Source of the DNA: the human T2T-CHM13v2.0 reference genome, Homo sapiens | Strand: one strand, 5' to 3' | NCBI RefSeq assembly: GCF_009914755.1 | Contig: NC_060926.1 | Length of the DNA stretch: 64,000 nt | Shown here: positions 47,821-61,947 of the stretch, piece by piece | How positions within the stretch are numbered: the stretch's first letter is position 1 | Layout: the number at the start of each line of letters is the position of its first letter | Translations under genes and position numbers: made by a program | The notes under the pieces: generated by a model | Databases searched by the model: none | What the model was told of the DNA's origin: nothing | The model's input: the letters and a program-made list of their open reading frames with translations, nothing else

Positions 47821-49399
47821 TAAACTTTTAAAGGTGAGCTACAGAATCTGATCATGTTGATAAATCCCCTTTCTTGTGAGAAGACACATGCTGAGTTTTG
47901 GTGTCACCTAACGGCATGTGGCCTCAGCGGACATCACCTCTGACATCCCCCACTTCCCTCACCTCCCATCTGAGTCTCATGAGAATGACTGGGGCAGCGG
48001 GTAAGAGAGGGGCACAGAGGACACTGAGTTCAAAGCCCAGGCCCACAACTTGCTGTCCAGGGGATACTGACCCAGTGAGCACAGTTCCTTGAGCCTCATG
48101 TTTCCCAAATGCAAACAGAATAAAAATATACCTCAGAGGGCGGCTCGGAAGACCAATGAGATTGAAACCCAGTAAAGTACACTGCAAACTGTAAAGCACA
48201 TTCAGGCGCAGTCTTTTTATTTGCAATGACTCCTGCAGGCTGGCAATCTCTCCGGGAGCACCCTCCACCCGGAGAGGGAGCACCAAGATGACCACCCTCT
48301 TCCTCACAGGGTATGGCATCCTTGAGGGAACCTTGTTGCGACACTTTGCCAAAGGCTTACCCTACCTTTGTTTTTATCCATGTAACTTTGATTTCCTATT
48401 AAATCCATCCTATTAAAGCCACTCTCCTATTTCCCATAAGATTTTTTGGTTTCGTTTCTGTACCCCATCCAAATTATTTTCTTACCCTGGGATGCCTCAA
48501 CCTAAAAGCAACATTTAGGCTGTCTCAGAGTTCTGTAAACTTGGCCTCCATTCCATCAATGTCCTACGAGAAGTAACCTCCAGCAGCACTCTACTGACTG
48601 GTGTATGTTTTCTATGTTTATTGAGTTCTAATTTATCATCCTTACACTGTGACCCATGGATAGGAGCTGTCCCAACCTCTACGGCTTGATTCTGGGCTAA
48701 AAATATTTTTAGGGCTCGCTGTACCCATTTCATTCCTTCTGGAACAATTGCAACTTCAACCCTCTAGATCCAGAATGGGGGTTACGAAGTGAGAGGCCTT
48801 CCAGAGTGCACCCCTCATCCCAGCTAGGGAATGATCAGGAATTTAGGTGCACAAGAAGCCTGCAGAGAGCCATGGAGCCAGAATGTCAAGCCAGCAAGGG
48901 CTGGGTGGAAGTCAGCAGCCTTGGGCTCCGCCAGGAACTCCATGGGACTGTGGAGGATCCACCTTTTTTCTAGGCTCAGTTCTCTCATCCATACAATTTG
49001 GAGGCTGAATTAGTTGTTCTGCTGTCCAGGGCCCCCTTTCACTCTAAAACCCCATGACTGGGTGAGATGTCTTCTCCCACTTCTGGTTTCCTCCTGACCC
49101 TGCCCAATACTCTCGGCTCCCCAGGCAAGGCTCATGTTCAGCTGGTCAGGAATGCTGCACAACCAACAGTGACAGAGCAGCCCTGATGCACAGAGCTCTG
49201 TGAGGGGCACAAAAATAGACGTGACCTGTGCCTCTCCCAAATGGAAATTAACAAGGTGAACTAACATGGAGAAGTAACACAGGAAAAGGCTCTAACGCAG
49301 ACGTGATGACAAGCGGAACCAGCCACAGGGGAAGGCCAGCTCCCCGCGACAAGGGTGCCGTGTTCAAGAGGACAAGGACCACGGCCTGGCTGTGCCCAC

Positions 49400-49491
49400 C
49401 TTCAGTTCCTCAGGAATGTGCTTCTCTTCTGGCAACTTCCTCACTTCCGGCATGGTTGTCAGGAACAGAAACTCCTGTTTGGCACTGTACA
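49400..49491 (-). CDS. CHST10: CHST10 coding exon 2 (stem region, aa 34-64)
   Basis: VYSAKQEFLFLTTMPEVRKLPEEKHIPEELK; acceptor GTCTTCCAG, donor AAG|GTGGGC; phase matches both neighbours. Confidence 0.96.
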
Positions 49492-49599
49492 CTGGAAGAC
49501 AGAGAGGTTGAATGTCTTCTCTAAAAGGAAAAGGCACACAGGTGGATGGGACAGAACAGAGGCCCCAGAAATAGAAGCTCTCAAAGATGCCCAAATGCC

Positions 49600-50030
49600 T
49601 TTTGACAAAGCCATAAAAGCCATTCAGCGGAGGAGGGCAGTCTGTCCAACAAATGGTGCTGGGGCACCTGGACATTCACACACGGAACAAACCTTGATCC
49701 AAACCTCACCCCTTATTCAACAATGAACTCAAAGTGGATCACAGACCTGAATGTGAAACATAAAACCATCAATCTTTTTAAAAAACAACCAAAGAGAAAA
49801 TCTACACTGTGAAAGCCCATTTGAAGAGGAGGAAAAGACAAGCTCCAGATAGGGAAAAAATATTTATGAACCACTTATCTGACCAAGGACTCCTATCTAA
49901 AATATATAAAGAATCCTCAAACTCAACAATTAAAAAACCAACCAATCTAATTAGAAAATAGGTACGATACACCCAGACATTTCACTGGAGAGTATCCGCA
50001 GATGGCAAATAAGTACATGCAAAGATGGTC
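49600..50030 (+). mobile_element. Old L1M fragment in a CHST10 intron
   Basis: caaatggtgctggggcacctgg, actcaaagtggatcacagacct, aagaatcctcaaactcaacaat. Confidence 0.7.
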
Positions 50031-53000
50031 AAGGCTACAGAGACCTTCACATCACAGGCTCTGCCCTCAAGCGGCTCAGAACCAATGAGGAAGTCAACCA
50101 GGAGAGGAAAAACCAGCGCCTACAAACACAAACCAGGTCCACAAGGGCATCATTTTGAGTCTTGCCATATGATTCCATCACATTCCCTTCGCTGAGGGGG
50201 ATTTATTTTCTTATGAGAAAGTCTAGTTACAACACCTGATCCTAGTTCAATATGATACTGAAATTTGCTAACTGAGGATAAATCATTGCCACAAATATCA
50301 CTGGCTCCACTGCTGAGCTGAACAGAAACTGTAACACTAAAAAAAGTAAGTGTTGCTTTAAACAGCAACTCACGACAACCATGCTCTTCCTAGGGGCTCC
50401 AGTGGCAGGAGAAACCGGGAAAGGCAGGTAGGTGAGAAGAACATGCACACCACTGATGGGGGTTCTGAGGCTGGCCCTGTCCCAGAGGACAGAGCTGAAA
50501 GGAGCAGCCCGGGAGCACTGAGGCCAAGGCTTCTCCACGCACTTTCCAGGAAATGGAACTCCCCACCGTGGACACTGCCGTGTCTGTTATTTCCTGGTCT
50601 TGACACTTCACAATGGGCTTCTGGTTCATAATCAAAAACACCGTGAACGTGTGTGAAATAAACTCCAACATGTGAGAAACCCTTTATGGCCACGAGCTTA
50701 GAGGGGTTCCTGTGCTGCCCAAGATCCAGGCTCCGGGACACACTCTCTAAAGCACAGTGCTGGAAGGGCAGGCTCCAGGGGAGAGGCCTACACCACCCCA
50801 GCCCAGGGCCTCTCTGACGCCTGCAGGGGCAGGCTCTGAGTGTAAATGCTCTTGATGCTTCAGCCCAGCGTCCTTGTGCACTGGCAAGATGCTGGGTGCC
50901 AGCTCGCATCCTGCATCCAGAACTCAGCTGGCGGATATCCACCTTCAGGATCCTAACCTAACCAGGTCCCTTGGGACAATTAGGTAACATCTCACGCGAG
51001 TGAGGCAGGCTGGGTAGTGCTGTGGTGGTCACCCCGCAACGGGAGTGGGCCCACAACAGAAGATTCTCACTGAGTTCACTGCACACTGTGCGGCCAACAG
51101 CATCCTCACCACCAGCAGCCCCTGCCTCGGGGTCAGGGGCAGCACTCCCATCTCAGTGACCCAGCACCCACACACCACACCAGATCTCACAGGGCAGGGA
51201 AAGTGCCCCCTTTCACTCGCCTGAAGGCAGCCGGCTGGAAAGATCTCACAGGCAGTATTAAGGACCGCTGCGGTGCTCCTCTCCAGGTGTAAAATCCGAA
51301 AGCCCTTCATCTTTCTTCATAGGTTTTATCTCCTAACACTCCTTACCACTCCTTTTCTCCGCTTCACAAAACCCTGTTCTGCGCCTACACTTGCTTTTTT
51401 TCTAACCGGGCCTACCCCTGCTTAGCTTCCAGGATCAGTGTCTACACTGAAAACATTCAGCACGAAACTTGATACATCAAAGGAGAATGAGACCTCATTT
51501 ACCAGATGCCGCTGGGAAACAAGGCATTCTTTAGAGGCCATTCTGCCAGATAACAGTAAAACACAAAGGCACAAGTCTTATTTAACTATTACCTATAGAA
51601 GTCTCACTAAAATGTATTACATCTACTCCTACTTTTTTAAGCAAAATAAACCATAAACAATTTAACCTCATGACCTGCCTTTTGAGTGCCTTCCATACCA
51701 GGAGGTGACATTTAGGAGAATCCTGAGTAACACCTATTTCTTATTCTCAGCAGCTCTGTTTCTCTTCAGTTCTCCAGCTAGGATCTACCACTGTGCTTCT
51801 CAACTGGGCCCCACCCCTAGTGATTCTCCTTCACTGGGTCTCAAGCAGCAGCAGGTCTGTAAAGTCCCACAGGTGATTCTGAAGTGCTGCGGGGATGAGA
51901 ACCCGGCTCTAGGGCTTCAGGAGGGATCTCTCAGTGGCATGGCACTGTGCTGAAGCTGCCATGGAAATGTCCAAACTGTCAAACTGAGATCATCGTGTCA
52001 CATTCCAGCAACCCTCCAAGAATCGACCCTTGCTCTGCTGACGGAACCCCGAGTCCCGGGCGTGAGCTGTCATGCTCAGTGACACCTGCCCAGATACCTG
52101 CAGGTGTAATATCACCTCCCGAGGCTGTGCAGACCTCACAGGTTTCTCTCCAGGGCTCCTGGAGGATGAGGCAGGACATGTGATGACAGCCAATCAGGGC
52201 CCAACAACTGTCATGGGGAGAACCACCATGTGGGCTAATTTCAGGGTGTCCCTCTTTTCCCTGCAGACCTCCCTTCTAACCTTGCTGTCCCTCTGCAGAC
52301 AAGGTGGGGCAGAGAGAGGATGGGGCAGGAGGTGTAGGACATCGGGCAGTCCTTGACACAGCCAGGGACATGCCTGGGAGCTCTGTGAGGTGGAGCAGGG
52401 GCCTGTCCCACACAGACAGCACAGGTCAGTGCAGCCTCCAGGAAGAACTGCTGGCACAGAGGCATCTCTAACTGCCCCTTTCCAAGGCCACCATCGGCAG
52501 GAGGACAAAGTACGGTGCAGAGCACAGCAAAGTGCTGTGCTCATCCACGTTCCCCAGTATCTCCCAATCAGCCTAAAGGAATGGGCCAATCCACGGCACA
52601 AATGAGGACTTCAATGACTCCATGTGTCTGGCTTCCTCGTGCTTGCCTGCTTGGCCACTCAATGAAGTGGCCTCGGGGCTGGAGAGCATATCACACACCT
52701 CTTTGGACATATCCAGCACTCCACAGACCACAGAGCACCTCACCATGCTCAGGGCAATCATGGGCGGTGCCGGAGCAGGCAGGGTGTCCATTTGGTGGAA
52801 GAAACATTGTGATGTAGATAAGCAAATGACAAGAGCACGAAGTAGAATCAGCATTCTGAGACCCAATTTGGCGCTCTTTATCCGTCCTCATCTGAATGCC
52901 TACGTTCAGTAAAGGAGAGCTAAGAAAGCCTCCAAGACAACCTGAAGACATACATTTAAATGACCCTCCTCCGCTGCATGGAGGGTGACCTTCAAACATG

Positions 53001-53411
53001 TGGCCACCACACGGGCATGCCAAGCAGTTGAGGCTGCACCTCTCATGATGACATGAGGCAAAGAGAATTCCCAACTGCGAGCCTGAGAGGCGCCCTGCTA
53101 CAAGGCATAAGGCCACTGTGCTGCTGGGAGGAGACCCTGCTCCTTGCTCCTAGGCACCACCCAGGCCTCAGCCACAAAGAGCAGCTTCCTTCCTCCAGAG
53201 GAGATGCTTGAAAAGACCCTCCAGCCCCTCCCACCCTACCTCCCCTCACACCTCTGTAATATGAAGGAACGGAGGCCATGACCTCCAAGGTCCCTGCTGG
53301 CATGAAAGTCCTTTGACTCTGTGACAGAAGTCATCTATGCATGTACCTAGGAACAGTGTTGCAGCTAGGTCTAAATTAGCCAAAATTCGTTCCACCATGA
53401 AGCATACGTAC

Positions 53412-53511
53412 CATCTGGGTCTTTAAAGGTCAACGTGATGAACTTGCTAGCCACCATGAACATGAAAATCACCCAAAAGCATGCGGCCAGCAGAAGCCAC
53501 TGGTGGTGCAT
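53412..53511 (-). CDS. CHST10: CHST10 coding exon 1 (whole exon 53412-53543): ATG, cytoplasmic tail and transmembrane anchor, aa 1-33
   Basis: ACAACATG start; MHHQWLLLAACFWVIFMFMVASKFITLTFKDPD; acceptor TTTCCAG, donor G|GTACGT. Confidence 0.97.
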
Positions 53512-54720
53512 GTTGTCACACCGCAGCCATTCACTGACTCTTCCTGGAAAACACAAGCGAGATGCCCCTGCTGCTTACAAATACATCAAGTCAACAAAGA
53601 GGAATGAAAACGACAGGTGATTTCAGTCAGTAAGTATCAGCACAAATATTTCCGTTTTTTTCCACTGCTACAATAGGTAGTTTGACTTGGCATTTAACAT
53701 TTCATATTGAATTAATAATATAAATGATTGATTCAATAATAAAATCAAATTTAGAACACCCTAATGGAGAGACATGATAATGAGAGAAGACCACTTCCTT
53801 GTGTTCTCAGAACACAGAATAAGACTCCTTTGCACATTTGATCCCTGACTCCTGTTGGGCCCAGGCTAAGGTCCCAGTGAGCTCCCACGATGGTCTGGAA
53901 GCAGGTGGCAGGAAGAGGCCTGCCAAGGACTAGGCCTTAGCTGAGGGTCATTCATAGTGGGCAGAAGCCATGCTGGGGCAATTAGGAGCTGGCTGTGTTT
54001 AAAATTCTAACTGGCTGACAAGATGTAGCCACACCTAGAGAAGCTCTAAAAAAGCAAAGGAATGAACACTGACGCTTCTCGCCTCCGCCCACTTGCCAGC
54101 AGCGGCCTGGGTAGAACACTGAGGTGGGTGTTTTTCATGCTGTCACAGCCAGGGAGCAACACGGGGCATGTCGGTCCTCAGCCTGGCACAGAAGCCACAC
54201 TCTCCTGCAGGAGGCACATAAAGAACTGGGAAGTCACTGTCAGTTCTTGGCAGGTGACACAAGAAAGTGTGTTTCATTTCACCTTTAACACAGTGCTTCT
54301 TCAAGCCAAAGCTCTCCACGTACAGACAAGACCCTGGGCTGAGCTGGCTTCCACCGACTGACTGAGGCCATCCATCACTTCTGCATGGCAGGGAGAAGTG
54401 GTCCCCTCAACACAGTGCTGATGGCAAATAATTTCAGAGAGAGCCTCCTAACCCTGGGTGGGTCAGAGCTCCATGAAGACCCAGGTGAATCACTCTCCTT
54501 GTCTCAACATTTACATCCTAGAATCTCACAGGAACCAGGCATCTGGAATGCAAATAGGATCCATGACACACCCACCACGTAGTTATCCGGCCACACCTGA
54601 ATACAGCCTGCAGTGGGGAGCTCACCACCTGCCAAGCTGCCTGGGTTTTCTCCGGATGGCTCGCAAACCACCCTCAGGTGCCCGTGTATAAGGCTTCGTG
54701 TGTTTCCTGGGGTCACCAAT

Positions 54721-55088
54721 AGGGTTGCCTGATTAGACAAATAAAAATACAGGACATCCCCCAAGTTAAGATTGAATTTCAGATAACATAAAATTTTAGT
54801 GTAAGTATAACCCAAATATTGCATAAGACATACTTATACTCCCCCCCAAAACCAGTATTTTTTGTGCCCAGATATGAGGCCCAGTGTCCTTCCCAGGTTC
54901 CCCAAGTCGGGTTGAACAAATAAAAACACAGGATACCCAGTTAGATTTAATTTCAGTTAATTTTTTTAGTATAAAGTATGTCCCAAATATTACATATACT
55001 TATACTAAAAAAAAACAAAAACAAAAACCTATGTGTTGTTTTCTGAACTTCACATTTAACCGAGTGTACTGTAGTTTATCAGCAACAC
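54721..55088. mobile_element. Two adjacent MER53 palindromic hAT MITEs (54721-54840 partial; 54909-55088 near full length)
   Basis: AGGGTTGCC terminus, AAAATACAGGAC, and central palindrome TTTTAGTATAAGTATGTCCC...GACATACTTATACTAAAA. Confidence 0.85.
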
Positions 55089-56316
55089 CACCCAGCAGGG
55101 GCATGCCAGATTCCTTGCAAGCCAGCTGTCCTGTCTCCTGTCTCCATCCCACAATCCCCTCCTCCTTCCGCCACTCCATGTCAGAGATAGTGAGGCACAA
55201 AGAACCCCAGACTTGGTTCAAATCCCTGCTCACACCCATTAGCTCTGTGACTCCATAAGTCACTTAACCTCTCTAAGCCTCAATGTCCCATCTCTAATAG
55301 AAGGCCCTCCTCCTACCACTACCTCAGAGTGGCCATGAGGATTAAATGAGACAATGTAGACAAAAAACCAGCACCCACCTGGCCTGGTGCAGACCCCCAG
55401 TAAAAACTGACCAATCCCTTGGCACTCTTCGTGATTTTCCAGCTTAATCTACACCTTTCTCAGTGTGGTTGCCAGAAATTAATGCGACAGTAGGGTCTAC
55501 ACCAAGAAGAGAGAAAAAAACAAGACACACTCTTATTCCAGCAACTGCTAACTTCCCTTCAAGAAACTGAGGCTTAGACTGTGGCCAGAGGATGCAGGGC
55601 CCAGCAGTACCAAGTCCACTGAGCTCAGCCCTCTAAGACAGTGCACTCAGGGGGGTCCATCCTCATGGGTCACAGTGAGAGCACCCCCCTGAAAAATGCC
55701 AGCTGCAGGCCATTTCTAACCAAGCAGCAGAGGCACCAGGGTGGGTTGGGGAGGGAGTAAAAGGAACAGGATGTACCACGCAGGTTGCATGCAATTCTAA
55801 ACAGACAGGTCCTGGCTCTGAGTGTCCTGGGGCTTGCAACCCACCCTCTCCTAGGATCAGTGCTATGAAAAAGGGAACAACGATAAGAGGCACTGCCTCC
55901 CTCCTGCAGGTGACGCGCTGACTCTGCAGAGCATGTGGCGGGAGGACCTGGGAACTGCATATTCCACTGCCTGCTCTGCTCATTCCCTCCAGGCTTCCAA
56001 CCCCTGATCACCCTCGCCCGGCCTCAGGACAGCACTTTGGAGGTTTTTATAGTTTAAGAATCAAATCTTTCCAATGGAACTAGTCTTCTGAAGGAATGTA
56101 ATATGATTTCGCCCACTGAGCTCATCTGCAGGTAAAGTGGGAAGATAATGAAGCCTTACCTGAAAATGAATAGCACCTCTTCTGTTCTCCAGGAAGCCAG
56201 GTGGCCTAGGGATAGGATTTCTCCAACTACATGAGTTGAAAACTGAGAGGTGCACTCTCCTGAAGCCATATGTGCCTTCCTAAGTATTGGATTTTCATTT
56301 AAAAGTCAGGAGCTCT

Positions 56317-56491
56317 TAGCTTCTTTCAGCTGGGCGGGGGGTCAGGGGCTGGTCTACACTCACCCTCTCCCTAGCTAGTCTTTCACCTGGGCTGGGGTCA
56401 GGGACTGGTCTGCACTCACCGTCTCCGTAGCTAGTCTTTCACCCGGGCAGGAGGTCAGGGACTGGTCTACACTCACCCTCTCCCTAGCTAG
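56317..56491. repeat. Minisatellite, 3 copies of a 56-57-bp unit
   Basis: GGTCAGGG(G/A)CTGGTCT(A/G)CACTCACC(C/G)TCTCC(C/G)TAGCTAG recurs with periods of 56 and 57. Confidence 0.92.
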
Positions 56492-57929
56492 GTGGCTGTG
56501 GGTGTGTCAATGAAGAGCTCTTCGGGCTCCCATTTTTCATCCACAGGAACAAACAGCTACCTGCACACTCATCAGTCAGAAGACCTTCTCAACAATCATG
56601 CAACTGACCATGTATCATCCAATGTGTTCTTTCACATGGGTATTTCATTTTCAAAAAATCCATTTTTAACTTGACTTCTGCAAACTCTTACTAAACTAAG
56701 ATATACAGAGAGTCCCTTCCCTGGCCACTCCATTAGGATAGGAGAAGGGTGGACTGCAGGGTTCCCACCTCCTTCCCCTGCTTTTTCCCTGCTTCTTGTC
56801 CCCGGGATGGTACCAGGACACGTGGAGACTCCAGTGGGGGATGTGGATTTGCAAAGCTTCAGGGGCAAAACCCTAGCCCTGCCAAAACCACTCTCTTGAG
56901 AAGAGCATTACACCCCAGGCCCCTATCAGCATTTCAAGCACAGCTGCCTGCCAGCATGCCCATATCTGGCTGTAGAGCCCCTTGCAGGCCACAGAGCCTG
57001 TGGGCAGTCACTGCGGGGTCCAGGAGGGAGCTCTCTGAGGAGCTGCTCCCGGCCACTGGGCTTCTTGTACACTCGGGGTAAGCAGGGCCTGCTCCCTTTC
57101 CCATGGGCAGCAGAGGAAGAGTCAGCTCTGCCTCATCACCACCCAGGTGGCACCCCCAGCACCGCTCTGCGCCACCTGACCTTGCTCCACTTCCTCCACT
57201 ACACCCAGCACAGTCCAGATGCTCTCGCTATGTGCCATTTGCTCTCCTTGCAGAATATGGGCTCATGCTGGTCAGGACAGCAGGGACCAGCACAGTGCCT
57301 GGCGCACCATGAGCCAACAATTGCTATTTGCTGAATGACTGTGTCAATTGAGCAACTTACTAGAACTCAGGAATGTGGAAAGGTACTTCAGGAGGCAGCC
57401 TGCCCAACCCTCTCCCTGAGGGTCTCCAGGCTTTTTCAAGAATGAGGCCCCCTTTCAACCTCAAAATATTTCTCTAGTCTCCACAGAGCAGTTCTATGTT
57501 TAATATCCATTAACTGAGACTAGAAAACAACCAAATGCTATGAGGACTTCAGTATTATTTGAAAACAAAATGATCTAAGCCACAGCATGTATATGCATTC
57601 AAATACACTTACTACTTAAAACACATTGATTGGGGGGTTTAGGAAATCATGCCGAAGTCCAAAAACATTTTCATTTCAAATAAAACTCTATGATGAAAGG
57701 CAAGCCAATGACATAGATCCATATCCAAAGTGTCAAGATATACCAGTAAACAAAAAAGACAAGTTGCAGGATGGAATGTATGATCCCATTTGTTAAAAAA
57801 ATCATGTATGTGTGAAATATATATGATTACACACATATACAAACATAGACACATATATGTAATACATAGAATAAAATCATGAGAGGACAGTAAGAGCTCT
57901 TTTTGTACTTTATACAATTCATATTTTAA

Positions 57930-58251
<322 letters not shown>

Positions 58252-61200
58252 TAAAAATTTAGAAAACTGGGACTTGTTCTACAAGTCACATCCTACATGA
58301 GCCAATCAGAACCAGTAAGACTACAGCCCAGTACTCTCTCAAAATACCCACTTCCCTCAGGTCCAATATCTCTACAGTTTACAAAATACAGCACTCAAAC
58401 ATGAGTAGGTGTGTATGTGCATACAAGTTTAAGGACAAAATAACCTAAAAATAATGACTTCAAGCTCATTATTCATTATCCAGTATCCAGTGTATTCATT
58501 CATGCAGTAAAACAGCTGCCAAGGATATGACCCTGAGTCCCTAACTAAACACACACAGTTCTTGTCCTTACAGAGCTTGTCGTCTAACAGGCCCACACGA
58601 AGGAAAGAAGCTATCTGAGGAGTGGTACTTGATGGTGTGAGAGGGACATGGTGCTGTGGGGAGAAAATACAATGGGATGTGCCTTGGGCAGAGTGGTCTG
58701 GGACAGCACAGTTACCTAAGGTGAAGGGCAGGGTTCCAGGCCAAGGGAATGGGCCCCTGAGTAACTAAACGCAGGCCCATGTGGCTGGAGTTCTGGGGCA
58801 CAGGCTGAGGCAGATGCAGGCCAGACAACATGGGGCCTGCCAGGGCTATTATGGTCTTTTCTTTGCAAGCAATGGGAGCCCCTGAAGAGAGTTTTACATG
58901 AAAAGAGGGGTGGTGATGTCATGATCTGATTTAAATTTTGAAACAGTTTCTTCAGCAGCAGAGTCAGAGGTACAAAAAGCAAATGCCCACTCAGCCACTG
59001 CCCAGTCTCAAGGTCATTTTCATTCATGGAGGAGGGAGAATTCTAACCCGGCACAAGCAACCCCGGTTGGGTGCTCCACATCCCATCATCTCTGGCTGTG
59101 GCTCTAGAAGCCAGCGGATGAGCTACGAGGATCCACATTATCTGGTGTGGTGGGTTTTGATGAATCCTAAAGAGTGGTGTGCCCAGCTAAGCATGGTGTC
59201 ATTTGCTTCGGGATTATGTGCCTTCTGAATCTAGACATCTACCTGAAGGTGTCTGGCTTTATGTCTGGGGCGGTACCTGGGAAACTTCCAAGAAATACAG
59301 TGATACCCCGGGCCCCAAGAATACCCCAGCCAAGACAACACAAATCTCTGGAGGCAGTACCCAGGCATTTTTTAAAAGCTCTGTTCGTGACTCTAATGAG
59401 CAGCTGGGACTGAGAATTGCTGGTCCAGGACCTCACCCCTTCTTAAATTTTAATGCCTACATGAATCCCCCTGGGGATCTTGTTAAAATGCAGACTCTAG
59501 GCATTCTGGCATAAACGCCATTCTCCCACCACCTCCTTCCATCTTAAGAAGGAAAATTGGCAGCAAAAAAGCATCTAGTCAACGAGAGTCTATTGATGCT
59601 CTGAATTACAAGTGTTCCAAATACACAGCTAAAAGAGGTTTAATTAGAATCTAAGACCTTCCATCACTGCCTTCATCTTACTCTCCTTTACAGCCCTCCC
59701 ATCTACGGTTAACTAGACTCTGTAGAATCAGGCTTTGTCTGACTTTGGAAAACAACACAAAACTCTGCCCCATTTTTTTTTAAAAGAGAGGCATTCCAAA
59801 TTCACTTCACCCCAGCTCCTCTAAGTCCGCCCCATTCTCTGCATTGTTTCCTTGAATACAGAATTTCACCATGGGGTTTGCCTCCTATCTGAGGATGACA
59901 CCACCAAGGCTCATTATTTCTGTCTACAAGAGGACTGCGGCCTGACATAAAGAGTCTTTCCTCAGGGCTCTGCCAAGGGCTGCTGCTCTCCCTACAGCTA
60001 GGGGACAAATGGCCTTTAAAAAGCCTGGCATTTTCTGTAATTAACTCCCCTTTGTTCAAGGAGCCAAGACAACTCTCAGAGTGCCTCTAGAGCTAATGGT
60101 GGGAGCAGAACCTGAGCCCCTACACGCCCTCCCTTCGGTCATGGCGCAGGCCCTGAACAGAGCCTCCTGACCCCTAGAATCTGCATATCCATCTTCAGAG
60201 CTTTCCTACTTCCAGTCATTAAATGGGATTTTCACAAGTCAAGATGTCAGGATCTGAAACCAAGCCAGAGGGTTTGGTTCCTCAGTTCAACCCACAAGGA
60301 TGAACTGGCAGCTGAAGAACTTAAGGCCTTATGGGGAAAGCAGGGTCAGGGAAGGAAGAATCTACAAGAAGCCCTAATCTTCCCCCTTCCCCACCTTAAA
60401 TAAAAGATAAATAGCACACATTGTACATGTTTGTAATAACTAACAATGGAAATGTTACTATTACCATCTCTTGATGCAAATCCTTCCTCCCCTGCATTTT
60501 GAAAAGGAAACTTGTAAATTCATTTTGCTCAGCTGCCAATACCATTCCCGCCAGCAGCTTTTCCCCATGTCTGAGTTGTCATCCAGAAGCACAGCGCCTT
60601 TCTTACTCTGCTGATGAGTTTGCCTCCCACCTGCCAGGCCCCACTTTTAATATGCGCATTCACTTACTAAAGTTTCTGAAAAGTCCCATGGTAAATAAGC
60701 CCACTTAACTCTGCTTAACCAGGCTTTTTCCAGACATTTTTTCATTCAGCAATATTTACCAAAGCCCTCCTCTGAGCCGGGGCTGTTCTAGGCCCTGGGG
60801 ATATAGCAACACACATTCCCTGCTCTCACAGTGCTTCCTACTAACAGACATAGACGGGCCATAAACAAATCAAGTGATCAATGTATATGATCAAGCCAGG
60901 TGACAGGTGCAGTGGCTAATAAACAAGGGCATGGGCAGGATGTTGAGAAAAGGCAGGACAGATTGTGGGAGCAAGCCATGCAGACCCCTGGGCAAAGACT
61001 GTGGTCTGGGTCCCAGAATTCCAAAAGTGGCAAGAAGGCCAGTGTTCCTCATGCAGAGTGGGCAAGCAGGGACAGGGGTGGGTCAGATGAGGAGGCCTGT
61101 CAATGGCCCTTTACTGACAACCTCACCTCATACACATACCAGGGATCACATGTCCAGGGCTCAACTTTTAAAACACAGCCAGACTCTAAAGGAAACTTCA

Positions 61201-61876
61201 CACACACACACACACACAAAAACCTGGTAATGTACAAGGAACTGGTAACCCCAGGAGGATGACAGGTGAGATGAGAACTAGACAGACCAGGGCTGCAGAA
61301 ACGGGGACATTTCACCATCAACCCTGAGCACATTCTGAACTACAATGCATTACCCTATCAATAGAATCATTAAATTACAACTCCATAATGCAAAGTGTGG
61401 CATATGAATTTATACTATAAAGTTCTATTGCATGTCACTGAGACTTTCAAATTCATAGTAAAGGTTTCTCTCAATCTGCGTACAGAAATTTCCTTTGTCT
61501 TCTCTGTTGTCATCCTTACAATTTACCGCCTTGGAACGATTAACCACCCTTAGTTAGGAGAATGAAAACACTCTTAACTGTCCAGTGAGAAATACACCTG
61601 TAGTTAAGACAGGTTTTCATGAACAATAATAATAATATACAGTAAACACCTGTATGGGGTTCACTCTGTACCAAGCACAGGTCTCAGCAGGTACTAACTC
61701 ACATAATCCCAGCCTCAGAGCATGCTCCTATTATTATATTTAAGGAAACGTTTCTAAGCACACATTTACATACTCCTAATCAAGAGTTTACAATCTGCAC
61801 AGGCAAGAAAAAAGGCAGGAACAATACTGAATGGCATGCTCAAATAACTGATGAGCTCACATTCTCCTTCACGTAC

Positions 61877-61947
61877 CTTCTGCAGCCTGGGGCTCACATT
61901 TCCTTGCTGTGTTTCCCCTGAACTGAGGTTCTTGTTTCCTCTTGTCA
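61877..61947 (-). other. CHST10: CHST10 non-coding 5'UTR exon (71 nt)
   Basis: Long T tract plus TTTTCCTATCCAG acceptor (AG at 61949-61948) and AAG|GTACGT donor (61876-61875); resembles my recollection of the CHST10 mRNA leader. Confidence 0.8.

Noticed and set aside
56317-56491. CRISPR-like array
   Set aside because: Eukaryotic DNA; the units are contiguous tandem copies without unique spacers.
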